Of a stretch of DNA of 64,000 nt, positions 1 to 12,600 are shown piece after piece (the first letter of the stretch is position 1; each line of letters starts with the position of its first letter). The DNA comes from Bilabrum cf. latius (taxonomy: Eukaryota), in contig OZ237751.1 in NCBI GenBank assembly GCA_965178125.1, forward strand, positions 310,001 through 374,000, written 5' to 3'. The translations under genes and the position numbers were made by a program. Under the pieces are notes generated by a model. The model ran no database searches and was not told the DNA's origin. It was given only the letters and a program-made list of their open reading frames with translations.

Positions 1-22
1 CACCGCAACACCTTCAGCTCAC

Positions 23-219
23 GTTGTTACAGCAGCTGGGGTTCTCTCCGCCATCCAACTCAATACTTAGCTGATTGGCATCATTTTTCCGAATCAGATC
101 AAACAGTACGGAATGTCTGTGGGTGCATGCGAGGATCAGCAAAGGTCTCGTCTGGAGCTACAAGCGGGCAAGAACAGCAAGCGGCGACTCTAATTCGCCG
201 AAACATACCTGTCCATCAT
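23..219 (-). CDS. Possible first two exons of a gene running off the left edge (MMDR|HSVLFDLIRKNDANQLSIELDGGENPSCCNN), ankyrin-like start
   Basis: ATG at 219, putative GT-AG intron 208-117 (gtatgt...cccacag), exon 116-23, then a gtgag donor at 22. Divergent from trpCF. Short and speculative. Confidence 0.3.
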
Positions 220-343
220 GCAACAGGTAGCATTGCGTGCCGAGCGATAGCCTTCATGTTGAAAAAGGTGTTTGCAACGAAAGCCGAAGAGGGCGAGAAC
301 CAATTCTGCGAAGACACCGATTTTATTGTAATAAAGGCAGACG

Positions 344-2471
344 ATGTCAGCTACGGCTCCTGCTTCGGGAGGAAGTGATATTCTTGATACTATATGCCAG
401 CAGCGCGGGCTAGATGTAGCGAGTGCAAAGGAGAAAGTCCCAGTAGAGGAGTTGATCGCAAGGCGGGATAGCAAGTACAGTCCGGACAGCATCAGAACGA
501 TCCTGGATGTTTGCAAGCAAGGAGCTCCTGGGGGGATGGTTGCAGCTGAGTTTAAGAGAGCGTCTCCTAGCAAGAGTGATATCGCGTTGGGCCTCGATGT
601 TGCTGGTAAGAACAGTATCTCCAGGGCCGCATACGTCACGACCATTGGCGCGGTACCAATCTATGATCTGTCTTACAGTCTTTTTCGCAGAACAAACACT
701 CAAGTACGCCAGGGGGGGTGCCACCGTTCTTAGCGTGCTAACTGAGCCCAAATGGTTCAAGGGATCGCTTGTAGACTTGGAGCTAGCAAGACAGTCCAGC
801 GAGGCTGCGCTAGGCAAGTCTCGGCCGTGTATGCTTCGGAAAGACTTTATCATTGATACGTACCAAATCGCCGAGGCCGCTGCATTTGGTGCAGATTGCG
901 TGCTGCTGATCGTCTCGTGGCTTCGCACTGCCGACAAGGTGAAACCACTGATCGAGTACTCGAGGTCGCTAGGAATCGAGCCTCTTGTTGAAGTTCACAC
1001 AGAGGATGAAGCAGATGTAGCCCTGGCTAGCGGTGCCAAGGTGATTGGAGTGAACAACCGCAACCTGAAGACGTTCAAGGTTGACCTCGGCACCACGGGC
1101 AGGATCGCAGCCCACCTCGCGAGGTCCCCCGGTTGCAACCTCGCGAGGAACAAGGGCGAGGACGGCATCCACGTCATCAGCCTGTCTGGGATCCGCAGCG
1201 CCGACGATTTCGGCGACGTTCTGGGAAGCGCCGAGGGCCAGCCAGTGAGGGGCATACTCGTGGGCGAGCACCTCATGCGGGCAAGTGATCCGACCGAGGA
1301 GGTCGCGGGGCTGCTACGGGGGGTGAGTGAGAAGCTTCGCGCCGCGTCGGTGTCGAGAGACGGTGGCGGTACTGACGCTGCAGCCGCGGAAGTGGCCGCG
1401 GCCGCGGCCGCGGCTAGAGAATCGGCCAGCTTGTGCAAGGTGTGCGGGGTGCGGAGGGAGGAGGACGCCATGGCGGTTGCAACCTCTGGATCGGATCTGC
1501 TGGGTCTGGTATTTGCGACCAAGTCGCCCCGCTGCGTGACCGTGGAACAGGCCGCCGCGATCGCATCCAAGGTGCGCGCCTATCGAGAGCAGGACCCGGC
1601 ACCCCTCTTGCGCACGGCCCGAGGGTGGGCCAGCCACGCCCTGCGGGGAGACGCTGCTGCCGTGGGTGTCCTGGCTGCAGATAGCCCCGGCGCGTCGTCT
1701 GGGGCCGCGGCCGGTGGGGCCAGTGCAGGTGCAGGTGCAGGTGCAGGCTCTTCGTCGGGCGGAGCCGCTGCCGCTGCCTCCCTCTCGTCCACTGATATGG
1801 CTGCCGCAGCCACAGCGATGCTGGCCTGGCAGCACGGCATCCAGCGGGCCAGTGCTCGGGCCAGGCCGCTCGTCGTGGGCGTGTTCGCGGGCCGGACCCC
1901 AGAGCAGATCGCCGCTGCGTGGGCGGGCAGCAGCATCGACGTCGTGCAGCTGCACGGGGGCGAGGGGCCGGATCAGATATCAGAAACCGCACGCTACATA
2001 GAGGAGGCGGCCAAGTCGAGGGGTGTGGTCGACCCCGTCGTCCCTCTCATCTCGGTGCTGCACGTGCCGGCGAGGGCAAGCGGTGCTGGCGCTGGTGTTG
2101 GCGCGGATGAAGGCAAGGGTGGGACAGAAGCTCGGGCGGAGGATATCGCGAGGGAGTGCGTGGCCCGGGTGCGGGCAGGTGCGGCGATGGTGCTGCTGGA
2201 CACAAAGGTGAAAGGGGGTCCCGAAGGAGGGAGTGGGGTGACATTCGACTGGGCCGTGGCAGCTGCTGCCCAGAGAATTCTTGGGGCTAGGCTGGGCGTG
2301 GCGGGCGGTCTCGATGCCGATACAGTAGGAGGGTGCATCGCTGATGTGAAGCCTGCATTCGTGGATGTTGCGAGCGGGGTGGAAGCTGAGGAGAAGGAGG
2401 AAGGCACCGGGCTGCCCATGAAGGACCACGGCAAGGTCAAGGCATTTGTGAAGGCTGCAAAAAGGAGTTAA
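344..2471 (+). CDS. trpCF: Bifunctional indole-3-glycerol-phosphate synthase / phosphoribosylanthranilate isomerase (IGPS-PRAI), ~680 aa, join(344..605,691..2471)
   Basis: IGPS motifs AEFKRASPSK, LSVLTEPKWFKGS, LRKDFIID, LVEVH, IGVNNRNL. PRAI motifs KVCGV, VVQLHGGE, GGSGVTFDW, VAGGL, VDVASGVE. An 85-nt GT-AG intron (606-690, gtaag...tttttcgcag) joins the two ORF-track frames. Ends at TAA. Confidence 0.95.
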
Positions 2472-2521
2472 GCTTAGGTTGCGTCTGGATCATTGCAGGA
2501 GGATCAGCCGGGCCGAAAGTA

Positions 2522-3235
2522 ATGCAGAAAGTAATGATTGACGAGCAAAATTGCACGCTACTGTTGCACACAAAATTGGCCACGCCCAACCTTCAAGTGA
2601 TGGGCACCGCGGTAGAGCAGATGGAGCGGGCCGAGCATGACCATCATGCCGGAACGAGACCGTGGCAACCCGATGATGCGGATCAGAATAGAGGGAGGTC
2701 CCCTGCCTCTCTCCGGAAAGCATGGGCGAAGACAGCTCTCGCTCAGGACCCTTGGGACGAGAAGCTGGAGCGCACCAGCAGGGCCAAGCCAATCGTCGAA
2801 GACGCACTCACTCGGATAGAGCGTACGATTGCGCGGTCATCGGAACGGACAGCTATCAAGGAGCTGGCCAACCGAGTGGTGCAGGTGATCAGGAACCAGC
2901 TGCGCTAGCAGGAGTAGCTGACGTGCAGGCAGTGGATGCGAGGCGATGCGGCGGCTGCTCTTGCCGCCACGGCCACGCAAGAGCTGATAGCGGCAACCAA
3001 TGCGAACGCTCGGCTACAGCGACGGATGTTTAAGCCCCACGGCTTGCTAAGGGACATAGAGAGGCAATGGGCCAAAGGCATGAGCGCGTGCATGCTAGCC
3101 TCTCTGAAGGACCGTGAGACGCAGAGACGGTCATGGAGGAGGAAATGGTGGGTCCTGGCAGGGGACCCTGATGTGGGACTGGACCGCGCTTTGTGCCGGG
3201 CACATGCTCCGCACCTGTATGCTTTCTCCCTGTGA
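2522..3235 (+). CDS. Hypothetical ~237-aa ORF read through two TAG codons; may be the C-terminal remnant of a non-LTR retroelement ORF
   Basis: ORFs 2522-2908 and 2936-3235 share a frame, separated only by TAG at 2906 and 2915 (cgc TAG cag gag TAG ctg). Ends at TGA. Lies just upstream of the dispersed repeat at 3329-3466. Confidence 0.4.
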
Positions 3236-3328
3236 AGGCATCAGGCTGAGGGCTTGTGGGGGACCACATTGATGGCGAATAAAGGGGACTCGGCGGTGTA
3301 GGCTGAGATTGGGGGGCCTTTGGCCTGA

Positions 3329-3466
3329 AAGGGTCGGGGGTCTTGTAGTCCTTGTTTGAGGACTCCTCTGGATTCAGGTGATCACTCGAACTCCTTCGGG
3401 GGCAACGGTGCATCTGGGTGCTTGTGGAATCTTTACCCAACAATGTATTTCTGTATTTTCTGTATT
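3329..3466 (+). mobile_element. Dispersed ~140-bp element, copy A, ending in a (TGTATTTC)n-like tail; probable non-LTR retroelement/SINE 3' end
   Basis: Aligns by eye over its whole length to the reverse complement of 58615-58763 (shared aagggtcgggggtcttgtagtcctt...ggtgcatctgggtg...ggaatctttacccaac...aatgtatttctgtattt). Confidence 0.6.
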
Positions 3467-3613
3467 GGCCTGGAGTGCCCCACCAGGGGCAACGACGCTG
3501 TTTCTTCATTGAATTGCGCTTGTTGTAGTTAGTCTTTCAGTTCTTGGCGTCAGGATCGGCTTGAGTTGGCTGGTTAGCGGTTTGACATTCAGGCCAGATC
3601 TCAACGATCCCAG

Positions 3614-6600
3614 ATGAGCAGCTTCCTCGACTAGATTGAATCCACGCTGCATTCGGCTGCGGCTCGACGGGATGGTAGCAGACAAGCAGACAGAGGAAAT
3701 GACCTGATTGAGACGATACCACCTAGATCTGTCCTTGAAAGCTAGATAGAAGCTGGGTCTGCCGCGCCTGACACGGGTGCGCGGTCCTACGTTGCAGATG
3801 GCAAACAAGCATAGAAACATCCAGGCCAATCAATGTGCATTTCATAGCATTAGAATAGATCTGATTCTCTGCAAGCAGCGGTGACAACACCAGCTTCGCG
3901 TCAAGCGAGGGCATCACGGCAGGCAACACCTAGTCGACGCTCCCCATTTGCTGCTGCGGTAGCTTCTTTGGATAACCTTGGCCTGTCCCCTTCCCGAGGT
4001 GCCCATCAGGATGAAGGTGTGCTAGGTCGGGAATATGGTGCACCCCCTACGCGGTACCAAGGGTCCAGCCATGGAAGCCAGCCTGAGGCCTATTCCAAAG
4101 CTACCGCGATGGACCCGGCGGACATGAGGCGTAAAGGGAGCGCACTGGCTTCTCGCGCACGAGAAATCCGCAACGCTTTCTTGCTTGCCCGCGCAGAAGA
4201 GCTGGGCAAGGCCAGGCGACAGCTGGACGCGTGCGCCAGGGAGGCCTCATTGCAGCTGACCATCGCGATGGCGGGGGCGGCCGACAGCCGCGGCGACTCC
4301 CAGCTAGGAGGCCGCAGAGGAACACCAGCCCCACGAAAGGGTGAATTTTTCCTTCAGAGCATTTTGGACGCGCACGATGCGGCGGTGCGGCGTGCAGTGA
4401 GCGGCCAGGCCGCTGGGGATGCAGACTGTGAGGATGGTCAGTCAGGGTCGCTGTAGATCGTGCCACGGCGCGTGCGGTGGGAAAGCGATGATGAGGGCAG
4501 ACAGGGGCTAGGGACTACTGGAGACGAGCAGCGTGGCGGTGCAGATGGGGGCCTGTTGTCTCTTCGGTAGCTTCTGGAGGAGGCAACGGCTGCGGCGTCC
4601 GCAGCCGGGTAGCCGAATGCGAGTGCTGGTTCAGCCGCATCAGCAGGAACCGAACGAACCGAACGTGAATCCACCGCTGCTGACTTGTCCAGCCTATTTG
4701 ATCGTTTGCGCGGCAGTGCACAGCTGGAAACGGCTAATGATGTAGCCGACAAGATATTGTCCAGCGCACGAGGCACCATGCAGGCTGTGGTGACGCAAGG
4801 GCTGCTGGGTGTAGCGAAGCGTGCCGTGCTATCTTTGGCCGAGGTCGATTCACAGCTCCAGGCAGCACTGGCAAGCGGCACCATCGATGTGGAAGCAATC
4901 TCGGCGGATGATCATGCTATCTTTGGCTCGGGTGGAGGCGCAAGCGGGCGTCAGCTGCTGGACATGTCCATTGAGGCAGGGAGACACGCTGCGCTGGTGC
5001 GGCAGGCTGCGGGAGCCATCAGAGGTAGAGCTCTAGCAGTGGATGCTTTCGCGAGGCAGGTGGGCGTAGCGCTGCAGCAAGAACAGGACAAAGTCCGGTA
5101 GGATTGCGAGAAGAACGCGAAGCTGCGATAGGAGGTCGACGAGCGACAAGCCGAGCTGTCCCGACGAGAGGCAGTGCTGGCCGAGGTGCTGGCCGCAGTG
5201 GAGCACCTTGAGGCTCGGAGGGCCAAACTGGCCAAGGGAATGTCTCTCTTACAAGCAGTAGGAGGCAGCAGGCGGCTGGCAATCACCATGAATGAGTAGC
5301 AGCAGCAGCAGCAGGCTGGCACTGGGGTACAAGGTCAGGCCACTCCGGGGCTGTCGAGACCAGCGTCTGCCCGCAGCTTTAGGGGCGTGACAGTGGCCGG
5401 TGCAGGCACGGGAGGGGGCCCTGGCACTCCACGGGGATGGAATGCAAGCGATTCAATGACTTAGGAGAAACCCGAGCCCATGTCCAAGCCCTTCAGCGAC
5501 GAAGGCACGTCAAGTCGGCTTGCGGGAACAGCACCCATGCCACGGTCCGTGGCTGCAAAGCTCCTTGCCTCGCATTACGACCTAGAAGAATCAGGAAGGC
5601 GGGGTGTCGTGCCTCTTGCTACCAGCGGAAAGGGGAGCGGGTTTGCGTCGCTGGCTAGAGATGATGCTGCATCTCCCAACGGGAGCATCATCGGGCACGC
5701 CGCGAAGGAGGCTGCCTGGAGGGGCAGCTTGCGGGGGTCTCCGAGGGTGCAGTCCCCAGCCACAAGCGGGCCAGGATCTCCTACATTCGGTGGATTTAAG
5801 GCGGGAGACCACGGCTCGTTGCAGATGGAGGGCTTTGATAGAGTCTCCGAAGGCCTCATGCGGCTGATGCTGGCCGTGCTGGCACCCGTGGCGGCAAGGG
5901 GCCAGGATGGGGACGCAATGGGGCAGATGTAGGGCCTTTTCGACGATGATAGGGAGGAATATTTCTCCAGCGAGCGTGCTCCAGGCACCACCGCCAGCCT
6001 TGGCGTGCAGCTGCAGAGCCCGCCAATCCGTGGAAATTCTGCTTCGCTGGGTGGTACAGGAAGCGAAACAGCCGGCACAAGCGGCATGCTACCTCGAACT
6101 CCAGCCAGTGCACGTGCCGGGCGGCGATCTGTGCTCGTCACACCGAGCGCTTACATGTCTGAGTCCAAGTACAGCGACACCCACAAGGAAACGAGACCGC
6201 AGCATAACCGCAGGCAAGCCCGCAGCGCAGGATGGTCCCTGCAGGTGGACGTACCACCAACGCACCCGCCTAGCACCGAGTCCGCGCGAGGTCTGCTTCC
6301 CGGAGGCCCAGCCGGAGAGCTCAGCTCAACGGATCTTTTGGCTGCTCGGGTCAGGCTCGCCAAGCGGGCGGCCGAGCTCGACTCCCAGGCAGCTGAGTTG
6401 GGCCGACAGCAGCTCCAGGCCGAGAGGGCGCACCTGGCCGGGCATGCTCGCCTGGCGCAGGCTGAGGAGGCCTCCCGGCGCCGGCTGAAGCAGGAGGAGC
6501 AGCTGGCGCGCGAGGCTGCCAGGCGGATCCGGGATAGCGCGGAGACCAGCATGCAGGAGCTCAAGGACCGAGAGGAGGAGCTGCGTGAGCACGAGGAGGA

Positions 6601-9600
6601 GCTAGAGCAGCAGGCAGCTCGGATAGCCTCTGACAGAGAGGCGTTGGCCAGCAAGCAGGCAGAGGCCGCCGAGGCGCTCAGGCATGCAACTGCCAAGCAG
6701 GAGGAGGCGCTCGTTGAGCAGGAGCAAGAGGCGGCCCGCACGCAAGCACGGCTGGATGCGGGCATGGCGGAACTAGAGTCTGACCGACAGATGATGCAGA
6801 GAACGAAGGAGCAGCACGCCGCCAGGATGGAAGAAGAAAGAGTGTCCGCTGCACGCGCTCGCGCAGACGCCGATGCTGCAGACGAACGTGCCAGAGTTGC
6901 TCTGGCTGAAGCAGCAGCCGCAAGGTCCGCTGCACAGGAAGCCAGGGCGGAAGCGGAAGCCTAGCTGGCGTCCGCCAAGCAGACTAACGATCGAGCAAAG
7001 CGTGCGCAGGACGAAGCAACAGAGGCTCATCGGTAGGCAGTGCTAGCAAGGGAGCGAGCCGCGCGCCAGCAAGACAGCGCAAGCACGCGCGAAGAGGCGC
7101 TCGCTCAGACCGAAGCGCAGAGGAATCGGGCGTGGCTCGAGAGGGAAGAGGCTCTCGTCGCTGCCGAGCAGGCGGTGCGGTCTGCTTTGCAAGGCGCAAG
7201 AGAGGAGAAGCACCGGGCTGCCCTCGCATCCGCTGATGCAGAGGCCACGAGGCAGACCGCCTAGGCTGAGATGGACGAGGCGAGGAGGTGGCACTCGGAC
7301 CATAGGGCACGCTTGCGCGAGGAGGAAGAGGAGCTTGAAAGGCAGCGGTAGTAGATGGAGGACGAAGCAAGGCAGTTGCAGGAAGTGCAAAACGGCCTGC
7401 ATGAGAGAGAGTCAGAGCTTAAGGCCGGGCTTGCTAGGCTAGCTCGCAGGGAGACAGATGTGCAGGAAGCAGAGAAGAGCAGGCAGCAACAGGCAGAGCA
7501 GGACAATCTTTCGGCTAGGACAGCGGCGGAGGCAGAGTTGAGCGAGAAGAGACTGGCTGTGGAAGCGGCACTTCAGGCAGTTCAAGACAAAGAGAAGGCG
7601 GTAAGCGAGCGTGAGGCACAGCTTGCTCACGGAGGGGCCTCTGCCGTTGCGGATCTTGAGGACGATGCAAGCATTGCCCGAGACGAAGCCGAGTGCAGCG
7701 ACTCCCCCCAGCTCAAGCCTGCAGACAGTCGAGCAACTAGCGTCTCAGGTGGACGAACGCGGGCCACGTCGCCCTGCGGCGGAGACTGGGACGAACGAAG
7801 CGGCAGACCGTCGGTGCCGGACGCTGTCGATGCACCATCCCTGCATGAGCGCCGCAAGCGAGAGAATGAGCTTAGAGAAGAGTTGAACGCGTCCAAGCGG
7901 GATGCTTCGCGAGAGGCGACTCGCGCTGATGAGCTAGAGGAGGAACTGCACAGAGCTCGGGCAGCCGCGCAGGCAGCACGCAGCGACGCTGATACGGCCC
8001 GAAAAGCTCTTAATCGTGTGCGGGATGAGGCTTCCGTGGCCAGAAGCAAGCTCGCCGAGGCTGAGCAAAGGGCAGGCGACGTCACTGCCGAGGTGCTTCG
8101 CGTGTGCAGCCGCGCCGATGCTGAGCGCGCGGGCATGGAGGCAGCGGAGGCGCAAAACCAGGAAGAGAACGCGAGGCTGAGGGTAGAGCTGGACGCGGCT
8201 CGACAGGCCTGTGAGGAAGCCATGCGGCTGGCCGAGCAGAGAGCTGAGCATCATGTGCTGGACCGAACGGCCTCTCTGAAGGCCGACTTGCGTGCCGCTA
8301 GAGCAGAGGAGACTCGAGTGAGAGAGCAAATGGCTGCCTGTAAAGAGGCCCTTGAAGATGCAACTGACGAGCTTGCGGCATAGAAAGCTCGAGTGTCGTA
8401 GCTGCTGCAGAGTGCCAATCGATTGAGGGCGCGATAGGAGAAGGAATCAAAAGCAGCTGCTAGCTCTGGCAAGTCGCTCGCGATCGGTTTGGCTGGCAAG
8501 AAGTCTGGTGCAGCACCCGATGGACAGACCATGATGCGCCTTCGGCAGTCTCCCATGGTATTCGCTGCAACTGTGCCTCCTGCGCGACAGCTTCCTGGTG
8601 CATCCCAGGAAACGTTACACGGGTTCGATGATAAGATTTAGCTGTCTCACGAGGTGGCAGCAGACTTAGCCTTAGATAGTGGCCCGGGCGAGGCTGCGGT
8701 AGTGAGTATGAGAGCCATTGCAGATTTGGTACAGTCTGCTAGGCGGGAGCTTGCCCAGGAAGTTACGCTGCACCAAGACGAGAATAGGCGGGCTGAGGAT
8801 CTACAAGCAAGGCTCGAATCATCTGAAAAAAGAGTTGCTGGTCTGCAACTTCAGTTAGCAAAGGAAAAGTCAGCTACTGTCCAGCTCAGCGACCAATTTT
8901 CGAGTTCTGCACGCCAGATTGCAGCATTACAGGCAGATCTCAAGAGCGCACAAGCTAGTGCTGTGACAGTAGGCTCTGGTGCTGATGCCGTGCGAAAGTA
9001 GCTTCGGGCAGCAGAAGAGAAACGCAGCGTGTTGCAGGACCGCGTGGCCGAGTACGAAGGTAGGGTGTAGGAGGTGGAGAAAGAGCTAGCCGAAGCTGAG
9101 CAAGCCAAGGGAGACGCAGTGCAAAGCTTGGAAACAGCTCGAGATAAGCAGCGGAGCTTGCAGGCAAGTTTGTCCACAGCGTATTCCGAGCGTGATTCGA
9201 CCAAGGTTGCCTGTGACGCAGCCGTGTCAGATCTCGCTCGCACCAAGTCGGAACTAGACTCAGCACTTGCCCAAGTTAAGCAACTGAGACGTAGACTGCG
9301 CGATCATGATGCTGGCAGCAGTGCCGAGTTGTAGTCGGTGCAGGCTGAGCTTGAAGCCACAGCTAAGCAGCTCGGCCAAGTTCATCGCGAGCTCGCAGGC
9401 GCTCGCGCGGCTGCAGAGCAGGCAACTTCATCTGCGCAAGAGTGGCAGGGCAAGGTAGCTACGTTGCAAGAGGAACTTACCGATGCACGCGACACTGTTC
9501 TGATGCTGCAAGCAGAGCACACGTCGAACGAGGCAGCTGTGAAAAAAACCTTGGAAAAGGCTGCAGCAGACCGGATCGAACTGCAGACGCAGCTTGCTGC

Positions 9601-12600
9601 TGCGAAGGAGGCCCATGAGAAGGCTGTGGCAGAGGGAAGCAGCAGCACTGACGAGCTCCGTCGTGAGCTGGATGCATCGCGGTCGCGGGTGTCTGAGCTG
9701 GAGGCGGAGGTGGCATCGCGTGAGAAGGCCGTGTCGGCGAGCCAGGATGCGGAGCGTGAGCTGCAGGCGGAGCTTGCTGCTGCGAAGGAGGCCCATGAGA
9801 AGGCTGTGGCAGAGGTAAGCAGCAGCACTGACGAGCTCCGTCGTGAGCTGGATGCATCGCGGTCGCGGGTGTCTGAGCTGGAGGCGGAGGTGGCATCGCG
9901 TGAGAAGGCCGTGTCGGCGAGCCAGGATGCGGAGCGTGAGCTGCAGGCGGAGCTTGCTGCTGCGAAGGAGGCCCATGAGAAGGCCGTGTCGGCGAGCCAG
10001 GATGCGGAGCGTGAGCTGCAGGCGGAGCTTGCTGCTGCGAAGGAGGCCCATGAGAAGGCCGTGTCGGCGAGCCAGGAGACGGAGCGTGAGCTACAGGCGG
10101 AGCTTGCTGCTGCGAAGGAGGCCCATGAGAAGGCTGTGGCAGAGGGAAGCAGCAGCACTGACGAGCTCCGTCGTGAGCTGGATGCATCGCGGTCGCGGGT
10201 GTCTGAGCTAAAGGCGGAGCTGGCATCGCGTGAGAAGGCTGTGTCGGCGAGCCAGGATGCGGAGCGTGAGCTGCAGACGGAGCTTGCTGCTGCGAAGGAG
10301 GCCCATGAGAAGGCTGTGGCAGAGGGAAGCAGCAGCACTGACGAGCTCCGTCGTGAGCTGGATGCATCGCGGTCGCGGGTGTCTGAGCTGGAGGCGGAGG
10401 TGGCATCGCGTGAGAAGGCCGTGTCGGCGAGCCAGGATGCGGAGCGTGAGCTGCAGACGGAGCTTGCTGCTGCAAAGGAGGCCCATGAGAAGGCCGTGTC
10501 GGCGAGCCAGGATGCGGAGCGTGAGCTGCAGGCGGAGCTTGCTGCTGCGAAGGAGGCCCATGAGAAGGCCGTGTCGGCGAGCCAGGAGACGGAGCGTGAG
10601 CTGCAGGCGGAGCTTGCTGCTGCGAAGGAGGCCCATGAGAAGGCTGTGGCAGAGGGAAGCAGCAGCACTGACGAGCTCCGTCGTGAGCTGGATGCATCGC
10701 GGTCGCGGGTGTCTGAGCTGGAGGCGGAGCTGGCATCGCGTGAGAAGGCCGTGTCGGCGAGCCAGGAGACGGAGCGTGAGCTGCAGGCGGAGCTTGCTGC
10801 TGCGAAGGAGGCCCATGAGAAGGCTGTGGCAGAGGGAAGCAGCAGCACTGACGAGCTCCGTCGTGAGCTGGATGCATCGCGGTCGCGGGTGTCTGAGCTG
10901 GAGGCGGAGGTGGCATCGCGTGAGAAGGCCGTGTCGGCGAGCCAGGAGACGGAGCGTGAGCTGCAGGCGGAGCTTGCTGCTGCGAAGGAGGCCCATGAGA
11001 AGGCTGCGGCAGAGGGAAGCAGCAGCACTGACGAGCTCCGTCGTGAGCTGGATGCATCGCGGTCGCGGGTGTCTGAGCTGGAGGCGGAGGTGGCATCGCG
11101 TGAGAAGGCCGTGTCGGCGAGCCAGGATGCGGAGCGTGAGCTGCAGGCGGAGCTTGCTGCTGCAAAGGAGGCCCATGAGAAGGCTGTGGCAGAGGGAAGC
11201 AGCAGCACTGACGAGCTCCGTCGTGAGCTGGATGCATCGCGGTCGCGGGTGTCTGAGCTGGAGGCGGAGGTGGCATCGCGTGAGAAGGCCGTGTCGGCGA
11301 GCCAGGATGCGGAGCGTGAGCTGCAGGCGGAGCTTGCTGCTGCGAAGGAGGCCCATGAGAAGGCTGTGGCAGAGGGAAGCAGCAGCACTGACGAGCTCCG
11401 TCGTGAGCTGGATGCATCGCGGTCGCGGGTGTCTGAGCTGGAGGCGGAGGTGGCATCGCGTGAGAAGGCCGTGTCGGCGAGCCAGGAGACGGAGCGTGAG
11501 CTGCAGGCGGAGCTTGCTGCTGCGAAGGAGGCCCATGAGAAGGCCGTGTCGGCGAGCCAGGAGACGGAGCGTGAGCTGCAGGCGGAGCTTGCTGCTGCGA
11601 AGGAGGTCCATGAGAAGGCCGTGTCGGCGAGCCAGGATGCGGAGCGTGAGCTGCAGGCGGAGCTTGCTGCTGCGAAGGAGGCCCATGAGAAGGCCGTGTC
11701 GGCGAGCCAGGATGCGGAGCGTGAGCTGCAGGCGGAGCTTGCTGCTGCGAAGGAGGCCCATGAGAAGGCCGTGTCGGCGAGCCAGGAGACGGAGCGTGAG
11801 CTGCAGGCGGAGCTTGCTGCTGCGAAGGAGGCCCATGAGAAGGCCGTGTCGGCGAGCCAGGATGCGGAGCGTGAGCTGCAGGCGGAGCTTGCTGCTGCGA
11901 AGGAGGCCCATGAGAAGGCTGTGTCGGCGAGCCAGGATGCGGAGCGTGAGCTGCAGGCGGAGCTTGCTGCTGCGAAGGAGGCCCATGAGAAGGCCGTGTC
12001 GGCGAGCCAGGATGCGGAGCGTGAGCTGCAGGCGGAGCTTGCTGCTGCGAAGGAGGCCCATGAGAAGGCTGTGTCGGCGAGCCAGGAGACGGAGCGTGAG
12101 CTGCAGACGGAGCTTGCTGCTGCGAAGGAGGCCCATGAGAAGGCTGTGGCAGAGGGAAGCAGCAGCACTGACGAGCTCCGTCGTGAGCTGGATGCATCGC
12201 GGTCGCGGGTGTCTGAGCTGGAGGCGGAGGTGGCATCGCGTGAGAAGGCCGTGTCGGCGAGCCAGGATGCGGAGCGTGAGCTGCAGGCGGAGCTTGCTGC
12301 TGCGAAGGAGGCCCATGAGAAGGCCGTGTCGGCGAGCCAGGATGCGGAGCGTGAGCTGCAGACGGAGCTTGCTGCTGCGAAGGAGGCCCATGAGAAGGCC
12401 GTGTCGGCGAGCCAGGATGCGGAGCGTGAGCTGCAGGCGGAGCTTGCTGCTGCGAAGGAGGCCCATGAGAAGGCCGTGTCGGCGAGCCAGGATGCGGAGC
12501 GTGAGCTGCAGGCGGAGCTTGCTGCTGCGAAGGAGGCCCATGAGAAGGCTGTGGCAGAGGGAAGCAGCAGCACTGACGAGCTCCGTCGTGAGCTGGATGC

